A stretch of DNA of 64,000 nucleotides. Origin: an uncultured Deinococcaceae bacterium (GTDB taxonomy: Bacteria > Deinococcota > Deinococci > Deinococcales > Deinococcaceae). The stretch lies in the NCBI GenBank assembly GCA_964252075.1, contig CAXULY010000025.1:1-64000 (forward strand), given 5' to 3'. The translations under genes were made by a program, and so were the position numbers. The notes under the pieces are model-generated. The model made no database searches. It was not told where the DNA came from and was given only the letters and a program-made list of their open reading frames with translations. This document shows, piece by piece, positions 1 to 11,100 of the stretch. The number at the start of each line of letters is the position of its first letter. The stretch's first letter is position 1.

Positions 1-451
1 CCACGTCCGTGAACGACAGCTTCACCTGCCCGTCCATGAACACGTGCGCCCTGGACTTTCCGAAGGTGTTGCCCGGCATGCCGCCCGACGCGCCGCGCAT
101 GCTGCGCCACAGCACGAACAGAATCAGCGCGGTCAGGATGATGGGCAGCAGTTGCAGCACCCACCCGAAGCCGCTGCCGCTCTCCCGGACGCGCAGCACG
201 GCGCCGCTGTCCCGGATGCGGCTCAGGAGCTGCCCGCTCGGTTGCACCACGGTGGGGAAGCTGCGGCCGTCACGCAGGGTCACGCTGGCGTTGCCGAAGC
301 CGTCCAGCGTGACGCTGCGGACCCGCTGCGCGCTCAGGTCGGTCAGGAACTGGCTGACCGGGTAGGGGTCCTGCTGCTGCGCCTGACCCGCCCCGCCCAG
401 CAGCAGGGCCAGCGCCAGCGCAGCGGGACGCAGTGTCCTCGTGAACGTCAT
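1..451 (-). CDS. ftsH: ATP-dependent zinc metalloprotease FtsH, 5' part (runs off the window start)
   Basis: Hand translation from ATG 451: MTFTRTLRPAALALALLLGG...WVLQLLPIILTALILFVLWRSMRG...NTFGKSRAHVFMDGQVKLSFTDV. This gives two hydrophobic segments and the FGKSRA...F-x-DV motif that precedes the FtsH AAA domain. TAGCAT -10 lies 6 nt upstream. Not in the ORF track. Confidence 0.88.
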   Translation of the reverse strand, partial: MTFTRTLRPAALALALLLGGAGQAQQQDPYPVSQFLTDLSAQRVRSVTLDGFGNASVTLRDGRSFPTVVQPSGQLLSRIRDSGAVLRVRESGSGFGWVLQLLPIILTALILFVLWRSMRGASGGMPGNTFGKSRAHVFMDGQVKLSFTDV

Positions 452-599
452 GGCGTCATGCTACGTCAGGGCGGCGCGGCGGAACGTGAAACCTGCCGCA
501 GGGAAAACCCATGCTGGGACGCCCTTCGCGGCGCGCGACATGAGTGGCCCTCATGCCCGCATCAGCTTGCGGTCAGACCGCGCCGCCTATGCTGAGGGC

Positions 600-1106
600 A
601 TGACTGTGAACCTCGTGGGCCGCGCCGCCCTGCTCGGCGCGCTGAGCCTGGGCCTGGGCGCCTGCACCGTGACGGTGCGGCCCAACGTCAGCGTGCAGAA
701 CACCTCCTCCAACCTGATTGTGGGCCTGCGCCCGGACCGCGGCGAGGGCGCCTCCTACGCCGTCGGGCAGAGCGTGCGCCTGCGCCTCACCACCCGCACC
801 GCCGGGTACGTGACGCTCGTCAGCCTCGACCCGGACGGGTACAGCAACGTGCTGGTGCGCGGCGCCTTCGTGCCCGCGGGCACCACGGTGTTCCCGCGCG
901 CGCAGGACAACGTGAGTTATGACCTGCGCCCCCCGCGCGGCCTGCAGCGCGTGCGCGCCATCTTCACGACGGTGCGCCCCACGAGCGCCGTGGTGTTCAG
1001 CGGGCGCTACGACGTGAACCGCTGGAACGACACCACCACCACCTACGTGAGCGCCTACGGCCCCAGCCAGCGCGACCTCGTCGAGACGTACTTCTACATT
1101 CGCTGA
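600..1106 (+). CDS. DUF4384-like lipoprotein
   Basis: Lipobox LGAC; pattern Y-x-VG-x-x-V...GYVTLVSLDPDG...PPRGLQRVRAIFT. Start moved to ATG 600 (TATGCT 6 nt upstream). Confidence 0.75.
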   Translation: MTVNLVGRAALLGALSLGLGACTVTVRPNVSVQNTSSNLIVGLRPDRGEGASYAVGQSVRLRLTTRTAGYVTLVSLDPDGYSNVLVRGAFVPAGTTVFPRAQDNVSYDLRPPRGLQRVRAIFTTVRPTSAVVFSGRYDVNRWNDTTTTYVSAYGPSQRDLVETYFYIR

Positions 1107-1147
1107 GTCGGCGCGCGCCGGGCGGACCCGACCACGGGGTCCGCCTT

Positions 1148-1891
1148 TCAGCTGTCTGTGAACGACAGCGTCTCGCCGTCCTCCGGCACGCGCACCTTCA
1201 GGCCTGCCACCGCGCGCCTGAGTTCCGCGCGGGACACCGTGCAGTGGTCGAGCGCCTCCAGGTGCACCGCCACCACCTGCGCCCACGGCGCCAGCCGGGC
1301 GACATCCGCCGTCTGCGCGGCGTCCATGATGATGAGGTCGCGCGCCTCACCCCAGCGCGCGCCGCCCGAGTGCGTCACGATCACCGCAGGCCGTTCTTGG
1401 GCGAGCGCCATGCGCACCTCGTCACACAGCAGCGTGTCGCCGCACAGGTACACGCTGGGCTCGCCCGGCGCGCTCAGCACGAAGCCGCTCACGGCGCCCA
1501 TCTGCGCCTCCACCGCCCCCTGTCCGTGATGCCCACCCACCCGCTGCACCCGCACGCCCAGCGCTTTGGTTTCGCCCTCCACGGGGCGCACATCGCGAAA
1601 GCCCTGCTCGCGCAGGCGCGCGGCGTCACCCGGCTGGCACAGCAGCGGCAGGCCGTCCGGCAGGACCCCCGTGACGTGATCCCAGTGGTCGCGGTGCAGG
1701 TGCGAGACGAGCGCGGCGTCCGCACCCGCCACCACCTCGCGCCAGTCCGCGGGGAGGTCCACGGTGGGGTTCTCCTCGCGGCCCGTGAAGCTCGGCCGGG
1801 CGTGACGCGGGGCGAGGTCCGGGTCGAACAGCCAGCGGTGACCCGCGTACTCCAGCAGCAGGGTCGCGTTGCGCAGCAGCGTGAGGTGCAT
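1148..1891 (-). CDS. MBL-fold metallo-hydrolase
   Basis: SHLHRDH (HxHxDH) motif, GDT, VHLEALDHC. Confidence 0.88.
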   Translation of the reverse strand: MHLTLLRNATLLLEYAGHRWLFDPDLAPRHARPSFTGREENPTVDLPADWREVVAGADAALVSHLHRDHWDHVTGVLPDGLPLLCQPGDAARLREQGFRDVRPVEGETKALGVRVQRVGGHHGQGAVEAQMGAVSGFVLSAPGEPSVYLCGDTLLCDEVRMALAQERPAVIVTHSGGARWGEARDLIIMDAAQTADVARLAPWAQVVAVHLEALDHCTVSRAELRRAVAGLKVRVPEDGETLSFTDS

Positions 1892-1925
1892 GACGCAGCG
1901 TACCCCGGCTCGCTACACTCCCCGC

Positions 1926-2276
1926 ATGACCACGTCCGAGCCCCCCACCGGCAGCATGACCTTCGCGCAGGCCAGCGCCCGCGTGCACGCGTACGTCTCG
2001 CAGTTCGAGGAGGGGTACTTCCCGCCCCTGCTGCTCCTCGCGCGCCTCACGGAGGAGACGGGTGAGGTGGCGCGCGTCCTCGCGCACCAGCACGGCAAGA
2101 CCCCCAAGCCCGGCGAGGACGTCGGGGACCTGGAGCTGGAGCTCGCGGACCTGCTGTTCGTGATGGTGTGCATGGCGAACGCGGGGGGCCTCAGCCTGGA
2201 GCGCGGCTTCGCGCGCATGATGGACAAGGTGGAGTTGCGGGACAAGGACCGCTGGACCCGCAAGCGCGACGCCTGA
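1926..2276 (+). CDS. MazG-like nucleotide pyrophosphohydrolase (YpjD-type)
   Basis: LARLTEETGEVAR and ELADLLFV motifs. Start at ATG 1926 (TACACT 6 nt upstream). Confidence 0.88.
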   Translation: MTTSEPPTGSMTFAQASARVHAYVSQFEEGYFPPLLLLARLTEETGEVARVLAHQHGKTPKPGEDVGDLELELADLLFVMVCMANAGGLSLERGFARMMDKVELRDKDRWTRKRDA

Positions 2277-2283
2277 CGCGCCC

Positions 2284-3990
2284 TCAGGGTCGTTCCGGCG
2301 TGAGGACCGACTCGAACTCCGGGCGCGCGAACACCCGCAGCGCCGCGTCCAGCACGGCCGGGTCGAAGTGCCGCCCGCGCTCGCGTTCCAGCTCCGCGAG
2401 GGCCTCCGCGCGACTCCAGCTGCGCTTGTACGGTCGGCGCTGCAGCAGCGCGTCGAACACGTCCGCGACCGCCACGATGCGCCCCACCAGGGGGATGTCC
2501 TCGCCGCGCAGGCCGCGCGGGTACCCCCGGCCGTCCCAGCGTTCGTGGTGGCTGAGCGTGATGGTCTCCGCCGTCGCGAGGACCGTAGAGTGCCCCCCGG
2601 CCAGCAGGCGCGCGCCGATCAGGGTGTGCGCCTGCATCGTCTGGAACTCCTCCTCGGTGAGCGGCCCGGCCTTGAGCAGAATCGCGTCGGGAATGCCGAT
2701 CTTGCCCACGTCGTGCAGGCGAGCCGCGATGCGCAGCGTCTCCACCTGCGCGTCCTGCAGGCCCAGCTCCTGCGCGATCAGGCCCGACACCATGCCCACC
2801 CGCCACGTGTGATCGCCCGTGGTGTCGTCCCGGAATTCCGCGGCCTGCGCGAGTTTCGACGCGATTTCCCGCTGCGCCGTCTCGAGCTGCGCCGTGCGCG
2901 CGCGCACGAGCGCCTCGGCCTCCGCCTGCGCGCGCTCGGCGTCCGCGCGGCGCTGGCCCTCCACCTGCGCGTCGCTGCGCGCGCGCTCCAGGTCAAACTG
3001 CACGGTCAGGGACCGCACGGTCCGCTCGCGGTCCTCGTTGAACACCTCGCGCTCCAGGGCGTGGTACCGCTCGAAGTGCTCCAGCGCGAGGTCCGGGCGC
3101 TCCAGCCGCCGGTACGCGGCGCTGAGCGCGAGGTGCACATCCCGCAGCTGCTTTAGGCGCCCCGCGCGCACCGCGAGCTCCAGCGCCTGATGCAGCGGCG
3201 CCAGCGCGTCTCCCGCCGCGAGGTGCTCGGCGGTGAGGCGCCCGATGTGCGTCAGGGCGGTCAGTTCCACCTCTGCGTCCTGCGTCGCCCGCGCGTCCGT
3301 CAGGATGCGGCGCTGCAAGGTCAGCGCGAGCGGCCAGCGGCCCCGCTGCTCGTAGATTGCCGCGAGGTTGTCCAGCGCGCTCAGGAGGGTGGTGGTCTCG
3401 CCGCTCTCCCGCGCGCTGCGGTACGCCGCCTTGTTGTGCAGCAGGGCGGTCGCGAGGTCCCCGATGCGCAGGTGCGCGTACCCGAAGTTGAGGTGCGCCA
3501 CCCCGAACAGGTACGGGTCGGACTGCAGGGACGGGTCATCCATCAGGCGCTGACTGAACTCGATGCAGCGCTGGTAATCCTCCTGCTGGATGTACACGTG
3601 GCTGATGTTGATCAGGTTGTAACAGATGAGCCGCGACTCAATCGAGCCCTTCAGGTAATCGTCGGCCGCGAGGTAATCCCGCAGCGCCTCCACAGGCTGA
3701 TTGCGGGTCAGCTGAATGTTCCCCCGGTTGATGGTGGCGCGCGCCAGACCCACGACGTCCCCCATGGCCGCGTGCGCGTTCATCAGGACGCCCGACAGCG
3801 CCAGGGCCAGCTCCAGGTCCCCCTTCTCGAAGCTGGCCCGACACGCGCCCGCCAGCTCCACGCAAACCTGCTCGCGCGCGTCCTGGCCCTGCACGGCCTG
3901 AAAGCGCTCCTGAAAGTCGCGCGCGGGCGCAGGCAGGGCGCCTTGCACAGCGGCTTCCTGGAGGGCGCGCGTGTCGGTCCGCGACATCAC
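2284..3990 (-). CDS. TPR-repeat HD-GYP phosphodiesterase (putative c-di-GMP PDE)
   Basis: N-terminal TPR-like helical repeats; C-terminal [21 protein letters not shown] and ADVFDAL motifs all intact. Confidence 0.9.
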   Translation of the reverse strand: MMSRTDTRALQEAAVQGALPAPARDFQERFQAVQGQDAREQVCVELAGACRASFEKGDLELALALSGVLMNAHAAMGDVVGLARATINRGNIQLTRNQPVEALRDYLAADDYLKGSIESRLICYNLINISHVYIQQEDYQRCIEFSQRLMDDPSLQSDPYLFGVAHLNFGYAHLRIGDLATALLHNKAAYRSARESGETTTLLSALDNLAAIYEQRGRWPLALTLQRRILTDARATQDAEVELTALTHIGRLTAEHLAAGDALAPLHQALELAVRAGRLKQLRDVHLALSAAYRRLERPDLALEHFERYHALEREVFNEDRERTVRSLTVQFDLERARSDAQVEGQRRADAERAQAEAEALVRARTAQLETAQREIASKLAQAAEFRDDTTGDHTWRVGMVSGLIAQELGLQDAQVETLRIAARLHDVGKIGIPDAILLKAGPLTEEEFQTMQAHTLIGARLLAGGHSTVLATAETITLSHHERWDGRGYPRGLRGEDIPLVGRIVAVADVFDALLQRRPYKRSWSRAEALAELERERGRHFDPAVLDAALRVFARPEFESVLTPERP

Positions 3991-5471
3991 CGGGGAAGAT
4001 GAGCAGTGCTGTTGACCACGTGCCTCATGAAGTCCGCCGCATCCACGCGGCCCTTCACGCCCAGCATGTTCCTGTACGGGGCGTTGCCCGGCAGCTGATC
4101 CACCCTTTTGGCGCGGTCAATGAGTTCATCGGTCAGGTTCCTCTGTCGGTCCTGATCCCCGAGCGCCAGCGCCAGCACGCCCGCCACGATGGGGGCGGCC
4201 ATGGACGTGCCACTCCAGCTGGCCATCATGTTCCCCGGGTACGGCGCGAAGATGTTCTCGCCGGGCGCCGTCACCTCCAGGTTCGGTCCGTAGTTGGAGA
4301 AGCTGGATTTCACGTCACTGCCGCCCACACTGCCGACACTCACCTCACGCACGCTGTCCACGCCGCTGCGCGCCTCCGCCGCGGGGTAATTCAGGCCCTT
4401 GCGGTTGTCGTTGCCCGCCGCGATCACCACGAGCACGCCAGCGTGCGCCGCGCGCGTCACGGCGTCCTGAATGGCGTCGGAACGCTCCGCGCTCCCCAGG
4501 CTGAGGTTGATGACCGACGCGCCGTGCGCCGTCGCCCAGTCCACCGCGCGCGCCACGCTCAGCACGTCGCCGCCGCCGTCCGGACCGAGCGCGCGCAGCG
4601 GCATGATCTTCGCGCGCGGCGCCACCTCCAAGACGATGCCCGCGACGGCCGTGCCGTGCCCCGTCCCGGTGCCGGTGCTGCCCCCCTCGTCCTGCGGCGT
4701 GGGGTCGTCGTTGTAGAAGTCGTACATGTCCTTCGCCGCCACCAGCGACTTGGCGAACGCCGCGTGATTCAGGTCGAGGCCCGTGTCGATCACCGCGACC
4801 GTCACGCCCGCCCCAAGGTGCGGGGCCTTGCCCTGCGCGGCCTCCAGCCCGATCTGCTTGAAAGGCCGCGAGTTGCCAGGCACCGTCACGTACTCGCCCG
4901 TCACCCAGGCCACGCGGCTCCCCGAACCCCACGCCTGCAGGTCGCCCGTCACCCAGGCGACACGGCTGCCCGTGATGGACGCCGTCAGCCCACCGCCATT
5001 GAAGGTGTTGTGATTGTCCTCCACACGCCGACTGCGCGGCTTGGGGTCCTTGGGCAGGACGGTGCTCTGCGCGGCCAGTAGCGCGTACCCGGCCCCTGCG
5101 TTCAGCTCGATGACCTTCGCGTGATATAGCGCCTCCAGGGCGGAGGCCGTGTCGGTGCGGTCCGCGCTCAGCGTGATGGCGTACGGGTAGTTCGCGGTTG
5201 CCAGGGGACCCGCCGTGGGTGTCGGTCCCGGGACAGGGGCGGGTGCCGGACTGGGCGCCGGAGCGGGCGTGGGCGCGGGACCGGGCGTCGGACCGGGAGC
5301 AGGGGACGGCGCGGGGCTGGGCGTGGGCGCTGGAGCAGGTGCCGGTGCGGGTGTAATGGCGGCGTCGGGCGTGTGCTGACTGCAACCGAGCAGCAGTCCA
5401 CACAGGAGCAGGACGAGGGGAAGTGATCGGCGAGGGGCCGAAAGAAGGGAAGGTTGGTTCACATCAGGCAC
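3987..5471 (-). CDS. Lipoprotein subtilase (peptidase S8)
   Basis: Lipobox LLLGC, Pro/Ala-rich linker, catalytic motifs [14 protein letters not shown] and SGTSMAAP. Confidence 0.92.
   Translation of the reverse strand: MPDVNQPSLLSAPRRSLPLVLLLCGLLLGCSQHTPDAAITPAPAPAPAPTPSPAPSPAPGPTPGPAPTPAPAPSPAPAPVPGPTPTAGPLATANYPYAITLSADRTDTASALEALYHAKVIELNAGAGYALLAAQSTVLPKDPKPRSRRVEDNHNTFNGGGLTASITGSRVAWVTGDLQAWGSGSRVAWVTGEYVTVPGNSRPFKQIGLEAAQGKAPHLGAGVTVAVIDTGLDLNHAAFAKSLVAAKDMYDFYNDDPTPQDEGGSTGTGTGHGTAVAGIVLEVAPRAKIMPLRALGPDGGGDVLSVARAVDWATAHGASVINLSLGSAERSDAIQDAVTRAAHAGVLVVIAAGNDNRKGLNYPAAEARSGVDSVREVSVGSVGGSDVKSSFSNYGPNLEVTAPGENIFAPYPGNMMASWSGTSMAAPIVAGVLALALGDQDRQRNLTDELIDRAKRVDQLPGNAPYRNMLGVKGRVDAADFMRHVVNSTAHLPR
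4894..4971 (-). repeat. Two-copy direct repeat (48-nt period) encoding GSRVAWVTG twice in the S8 prodomain
   Basis: tcgcccgtcacccaggccacgcggctccc at about 4894 and tcgcccgtcacccaggcgacacggctgccc at about 4942. Confidence 0.85.
5210..5355 (-). repeat. Low-complexity Pro-Ala/Thr linker inside the S8 gene
   Basis: Translation [47 protein letters not shown]. Confidence 0.85.
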
Positions 5472-5672
5472 GGTGCCGGGCCGCCTTTCAGGATCTACCG
5501 CGTCACCTTACTTCAAGAAATCTCACACTTTTCGTACAAACCCAGACGGAGGAAACGGCGCTGGGTGCCCACAGATGAGCTTCTCACTGGGAAGCCAGTG
5601 GTCTCGTGGCTGGCACACCTTAAAGTTTAGAAACACACTGCGTTCCCCGCCCGGCGGCCGAGCTCCGCCGCT

Positions 5673-7865
5673 TCAGCGCTCTCTCGTTGCGGCAATCATG
5701 CTGGCGTACTGCCCGATGGACGCGTGCTGATGGTCGTACAGGTCGGCGTTGAAGGCCCAGAACATGCCCCCCATGTTGTACGCCCGCACGCGCTGCCCGC
5801 ACTTGGTGAGGTCGTCCTGGCTGTTGCGCCCGGTGTTCTCCCCCCACACCGTCAGGTGCAGTGGGTTTGAGCTGGCCAGGGTGGACAGATAGTGCGCTGG
5901 GTTCCAGGCCGTCTGGTCGCTGGAGGCGTCATTCACGAAGAAGCCGTCGGCGTCCAACCACGTGGTGTAAGGCGACACCTGAGGGTCCCTGATGCCCGTC
6001 ACGAACCGCGCGAAATCGAAGCCCCGCTGAATCTCCGTGTTGACCTCAGGCGACGTCTGGCCGTTCAGCCCTCCGGCGATGGCGGCGTCCAACTGCCCGG
6101 GACGCACCCCGAAGGACGGGTACAGCATGAAGAGCCGCCCCTGGTAGACGCCGCGCAGGAGTGAGATCTGCCAATCGTGGTAGTTCTGCAGGCTGCCCAG
6201 GTACCAGTTGAGGAAGGTGCGGGCCTTGCTGCGGTCCGCGTCACTTGCTGCCTGACCAGCTGCGAGTGGCTGCCAGCCCGGAAGGGGGCTGGGGGTCATG
6301 CCGGCCGGCAGGCCACTGCGGCGCCCCTGCGCGAAGTCATCGTAGGCCCAGTAGCTGTTCGCGCCGGGCGCGACGAGCGGGTAACCGAGCTCGCCGTAGC
6401 GGCCCCAGCCGAGACGCACCGCGAAGAAATCGTTCCCGAGCGCGCTGAAGACCTGACGCACGTACTGCGCCTGCTGGTCCCGCACCGCCTGGCTGAACAC
6501 CGCGTTCACGGGGTTCGCTCCGGGTTCGTCCGACGTGTAGGCCGTGCCGTGCTGGTCCACGAAGTGACTGTCCGGCTGTGCGACCAGCCACTGCGGAGGG
6601 TACTGCACGCCGAGCTCAAGCACCACGTCGAAGCCCGCGCGGATGTCCGCCCAGTACTCCGCACGCTTGGCGCTCAGGTACGCGCTGTCCCAGGCGTTGT
6701 CGGACGGCTCCACGCGGTCCCAGGCGAGTTCCAGCGTTCGCACGCGCATCCCGGCGCGGCGGTCGCTGCCGAGCCGCTCTGCGTCCGGCTGAATCACGCC
6801 GTACTGGCGCCCGGACGTCAGCTGGTAGTGGCGTGGGGACGGCACGCGCAGCGTCTGCGCGCCAGCGGAGAGGCTGCTGCTGTCGTTGCCGGGCAGCACG
6901 ATCTGGGTGGCGCCCACCTGCGCTGCGCGGGCCGTGACCTGCGTCAGCGTCTCGCCGTTGCCGCGCGTGACGCGCGTGACTTGATCGCCCGCCAGGAGGA
7001 ACGCCAGCGTGAAGCGTTGCGCCGCCGCACCACGCTGCGGTGCAAGAACGTGATAGGCGATGGTCACGCGCGCCCGGCCGCCTGCGGGGATCACGCGGCT
7101 GTTCTCCTGCTGTGCCACGAAGCCGTACCCCAGCACGCTGTCCTGATCCTCGATCAGCGCGGCGCGGCGAGCTGTCTGCTGCAGTGCGTCGGTTTCAGCG
7201 TCGCTGAAGGCCTGGGCGTCCGGTTCGAAACTCCGGTTGGCGCTGAGGGGCAGCGCGCCAGGCATCGCGGCACGGCCCAGCAACGGGTCTACGTCCGCAT
7301 CGCCCTCGAGGGCTTCGAAGGCCGTCCCGGCGAGGCCACCCATCGCGCGGTTGAGCCCATACAGGGTCACGTCACGGACCGCACTGGTCCCCGCATTACT
7401 GACCTCGAACGTCGCCCATACGTCACGTCCTGCCGCGCCGCCATCCTGCGCTCCCGCAGACACGGCGCGCAGGGTGAAGGCACCGCCGGGCTGTGTGAGA
7501 ACGCTTGCGCCGCTCGCGCCGAAGCTGAGGACAGTGGTGCCTACGGGCGGTAAGGTCTGCACCTGCCCAGTATTCCCACCGGGAATGAGGCCGCCCGTCG
7601 AGGACGTGCCCGTGGAGGAGGTGCCGGGCGTCGGGGTGACGCCCGTGGACGTACCAGGCGCCGCCGGGGTGCTGGAAGTGCTAGCGCTCGGGCTCTCTGT
7701 CGTGGGGCCAGCAGACGTAGGCGTGACGGTAGGGCTGGAGCAGGCGGCGAGCAGGGCGGACAGCGTCACGCTGAGCGCAAGCGCCGCCAGGGGGCGCCTG
7801 GGTAGGGACGACGACGGAACCGCATGGGCGGTCCCCGCGTCGCTGAATCGCGACGTTGAGCGCAT
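5673..7865 (-). CDS. Lipoprotein with C-terminal TIM-barrel glycoside hydrolase (GH42/beta-galactosidase-like)
   Basis: Lipobox LLAAC, Ser/Thr-rich linker, unknown middle domain, then TLELAWDRVEPSDNAWD...YPPQWL...GWGRYGELGYP...WGENTG. The family is tentative. Confidence 0.65.
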   Translation of the reverse strand: MRSTSRFSDAGTAHAVPSSSLPRRPLAALALSVTLSALLAACSSPTVTPTSAGPTTESPSASTSSTPAAPGTSTGVTPTPGTSSTGTSSTGGLIPGGNTGQVQTLPPVGTTVLSFGASGASVLTQPGGAFTLRAVSAGAQDGGAAGRDVWATFEVSNAGTSAVRDVTLYGLNRAMGGLAGTAFEALEGDADVDPLLGRAAMPGALPLSANRSFEPDAQAFSDAETDALQQTARRAALIEDQDSVLGYGFVAQQENSRVIPAGGRARVTIAYHVLAPQRGAAAQRFTLAFLLAGDQVTRVTRGNGETLTQVTARAAQVGATQIVLPGNDSSSLSAGAQTLRVPSPRHYQLTSGRQYGVIQPDAERLGSDRRAGMRVRTLELAWDRVEPSDNAWDSAYLSAKRAEYWADIRAGFDVVLELGVQYPPQWLVAQPDSHFVDQHGTAYTSDEPGANPVNAVFSQAVRDQQAQYVRQVFSALGNDFFAVRLGWGRYGELGYPLVAPGANSYWAYDDFAQGRRSGLPAGMTPSPLPGWQPLAAGQAASDADRSKARTFLNWYLGSLQNYHDWQISLLRGVYQGRLFMLYPSFGVRPGQLDAAIAGGLNGQTSPEVNTEIQRGFDFARFVTGIRDPQVSPYTTWLDADGFFVNDASSDQTAWNPAHYLSTLASSNPLHLTVWGENTGRNSQDDLTKCGQRVRAYNMGGMFWAFNADLYDHQHASIGQYASMIAATRER

Positions 7866-8116
7866 GGCTGGAGATCCTTTCGGCTGCCCGGCTGACCCCG
7901 TGGGTCCCGTGGCTTTGCGTCACCGCCTTGCGGCGGTTTTGCCTTTTCGAGAAATCAACTGCCTGAGGAAGCAGTGGCCAGTGTGAGGGGTGACCCCAGT
8001 TGGAGCCGTGAAGATAAACTAGCCCTTGACTTCTTACTAATTTCTTTCTTAGGCAGTGTAACTATCGACTCATTCTGTTGAGCCCCATATGGCACGGCCG
8101 CCTGACAACTGAATGC

Positions 8117-11100
8117 TCAGCGCTGGTCCAGTTGCAGGCGCAGAAACTCCACGCTGATGGGGCGTGGGTCGCGCGGCGCGAATGTTCCTGCGCGGTGGTT
8201 CTGCCTGGCGGTCCTGAACTCAATCTGGTTGAGGCCCATGTGCACGGGCACTGTGAGCTGCAGTTCGGCGCGTTCATCTGGTCCCAGGCGGCCGGTGTCG
8301 TGCAGCAGCTTCCCGTTCGCCAGCACCTGCACCCGCTGGTTCGCTATAGGCGAGCGCATCACGGTGCTCAGGCTGAGCTGTCGCTCACTCGCAGAGAAGA
8401 ACTCCAGTGTGCTCGCCTGCGCCAACCCCCAACGGAAGCCCGTGGACTCCAGTTCCCCGAGTCCGCTTACGCGCATGCCCGCCGGGGATTGCGCGTTGAG
8501 CAGGTCGAGGTGTTGCGTGCGCAGGTACGTGGAGTCCGTCGTGCCGCTCGGCAGAGAACAGAGCTGCGCACCCTGCACCTGCGCGTCTGGCTGGCCTGTG
8601 GACAGCCGCAGTGTCTGCACGTGCTCACCCGCGATGGCGTACACCGGCAGGTTCAGATCGTGCGGTGCGCCGTCATTCGGGAAAGAAACGCGCGTCTTGA
8701 CGCGCTGCTCGCCTGCGAGGAACTCCACCATCACGAAGGCCGTGTCCGGTGCCTTCAGGCGCAGGTGCAGGTAACTGCCGATGGGCTGCGCGGCCCGCTC
8801 CACCGAAAAGGCGAACTGCCCCACCTCGGGGCCGGTGGTGGGTGTCACGGCGCTGTTCGCGGCGTTGCAGCCATTCAGGATGCTGGCGCCCGCATCCAGG
8901 AGATAATCAATCGGAACGACGCCCTCACCCTGATTCCACAGGTAGTGCTCCCAGAACTCCCAGACCAGCAGCTTGCCCGGCGTCTTGTGGAAGGCGTCGC
9001 TGCGCAGGTAATCCAGCATGGGTCGCCAGGGCCCCAGTGCGGACTCTGAAACGTTCAGCACATCGCGCGACAGGGCGTGCGAGAGGAGCGGCGCGAACTG
9101 CAGGGATGGAATCTGCGAGAAGCTTGAGCCCACCAGTGTCACGCCGATGTCCTCGGTGCCGGGCAGGTCCGCGCCTGCACGCGCGGAGGCGGTGATGCGG
9201 TACGGGTGCAGTTGCTCGGGGGGAAACGCCACGCGTTGCGAGGCAGGCAGCCGGTTCAGCAGGGACCGCAGTGGGGCGGGTTGCGCCGGTCCGGACTGCA
9301 CCCTGGACGTGAGCGGCGCGAGGCCCGAGAGGTCCACCCGGGCTCGCGCGGCCTGCGCCGCGGCCTGTGCCGCCACGCGTGCGCCCTGAGGCGTCCAGTG
9401 GTGGTCATACCGGAAGTACAGTGGCGGGCCGAGCCTGGCCGCCCGTGATAAGGGGGCCGCCAAGTCCGGCGCGAGCACCCCCTGCACGTGCAACGCCGTG
9501 AGCGCGCGGGCGTAACGGCCCTCAATGACGGGCGGCACAAGGTCGAAATCAGGGAGGCGGTCCTTGTACACGCGCGCCTTGGTGGGCACCAGCAGCAGTT
9601 CGGTGGTGATGCCACGCGCCTTCAGCAGCCGTGCAATGGTACCGATGACGCCCACCGGGTAGGCGGTGGAGGCCCGCGGGTCCTGCTGATCGGCGGGGTC
9701 CGTGTTGTACTCCGTGGGGAGGAACAACCAGTGGTCGCGGCCCTCGATGACCGCACCGCCCGCCGCTGCAGCCAGTTCGCGCGGCACGCGGTACAGGTTG
9801 AGCGCGCCGTAACTGCGGCTGGGCGTGCTGAAGGCGAGCGTCGCGTGTTGCTGCAGCCACGCCAGGAACTCCGGGGAGGCGCTGCCGTACCCGCGCTGCA
9901 CCTGCTGTGTGCTGAGAATCACGTACTGCGCGCCGCTTCGCTGAAGGCTTGATGAGGAGGTCCAGATGCCTGTTGTGTAACCGCCCGTGAGGAACTGGGA
10001 TTCCTCCGTGGTGGTCGAGATGAGACTGCCGAGGGCGACGTGGTCCCGCAAGTAGGCGCGCAGACGCTCGTAGCCGTTGCTGGGCGTGAGGTGTACCTGC
10101 ACCCACACCGCGCCCGTCCATGCGATGAAGGCAACGCCCGCGAGGGCCGCGATCGGCAACGACGCGGTGCGGCGCGCGGTGGGCCGCAGCACCCAGGCGA
10201 GCGCCACCGCCGTGGCGAGTGTGGCCGCGACGGACAGGAAGTAGAAGAACTGCTCCTCCAGCGTGCCGATCAGCACCGCGAAAGCCACCAGCAGGTACGC
10301 GCTCCCCACCCACGCGGCCAGCAGGCGACGCAGGGGGGCGCCCAGGCGCAGCAGCAGCAGCAGGGCGATCAGGCCCGTGACGGCCAGCAGGTACGCGGAG
10401 CCGTACGTTGAGAGGTTCGCGAGGACCGCCTCCAGCAGTGACGGACCGCCCGCGCGCTTGAATCCCGTGGTCTTCACGATGCCCGCGAAGCGCTGCAGGC
10501 CCGAAAACTTCTGCTCGATGAACTGCGTCCACTCGCCGCGCAGAAGCGCCGAGAGGGGGTACGTGGCGTAGCACAGCAGCGCGAGCGCCGCGACGCGCGC
10601 TGCGTCCGCCCGCGCGAGCGCCCAGCGCGCCGCGAAGCTCACCGCGAGCGGCAGCAGCGTCACGAATGCCGCGAGGTCCTTCGTGAGGAGCGCCACCCCG
10701 AACACCAGGCCGGCGCCCAGAACGCGCCACCCACCCAGTCGCGCGCCGCGCTCCAGGCCCGCCGTGAGGAATAGCACCGTCCAACCGAGCAGGACCCAGA
10801 ACAACGTGGCGGTCTCCAGCAGCGTCTGCCCGTTGATGCGCGCCACGAAGGGATCCAACGCGAAGATCAGCGCGGCCGTCACGCCCGCCCCCCAACCCCC
10901 GATGCGGCGGCCCAGCAGCAGCAGCAGGCCCGCACTCAGACCCGCGATGACGGCGTTCAGCGTGCGGAGCGCGTAGATCTGGGTGATGGGATCGGCGGGC
11001 GGGTGCAGGAGTTTCAGCCACGCGGCCTCCAGGTAGAAGAAGGCGGGCGGGTGCAGGTAGAAGGGCGCGCCGTACAGCCACACCAACCCACGCGACGCGA

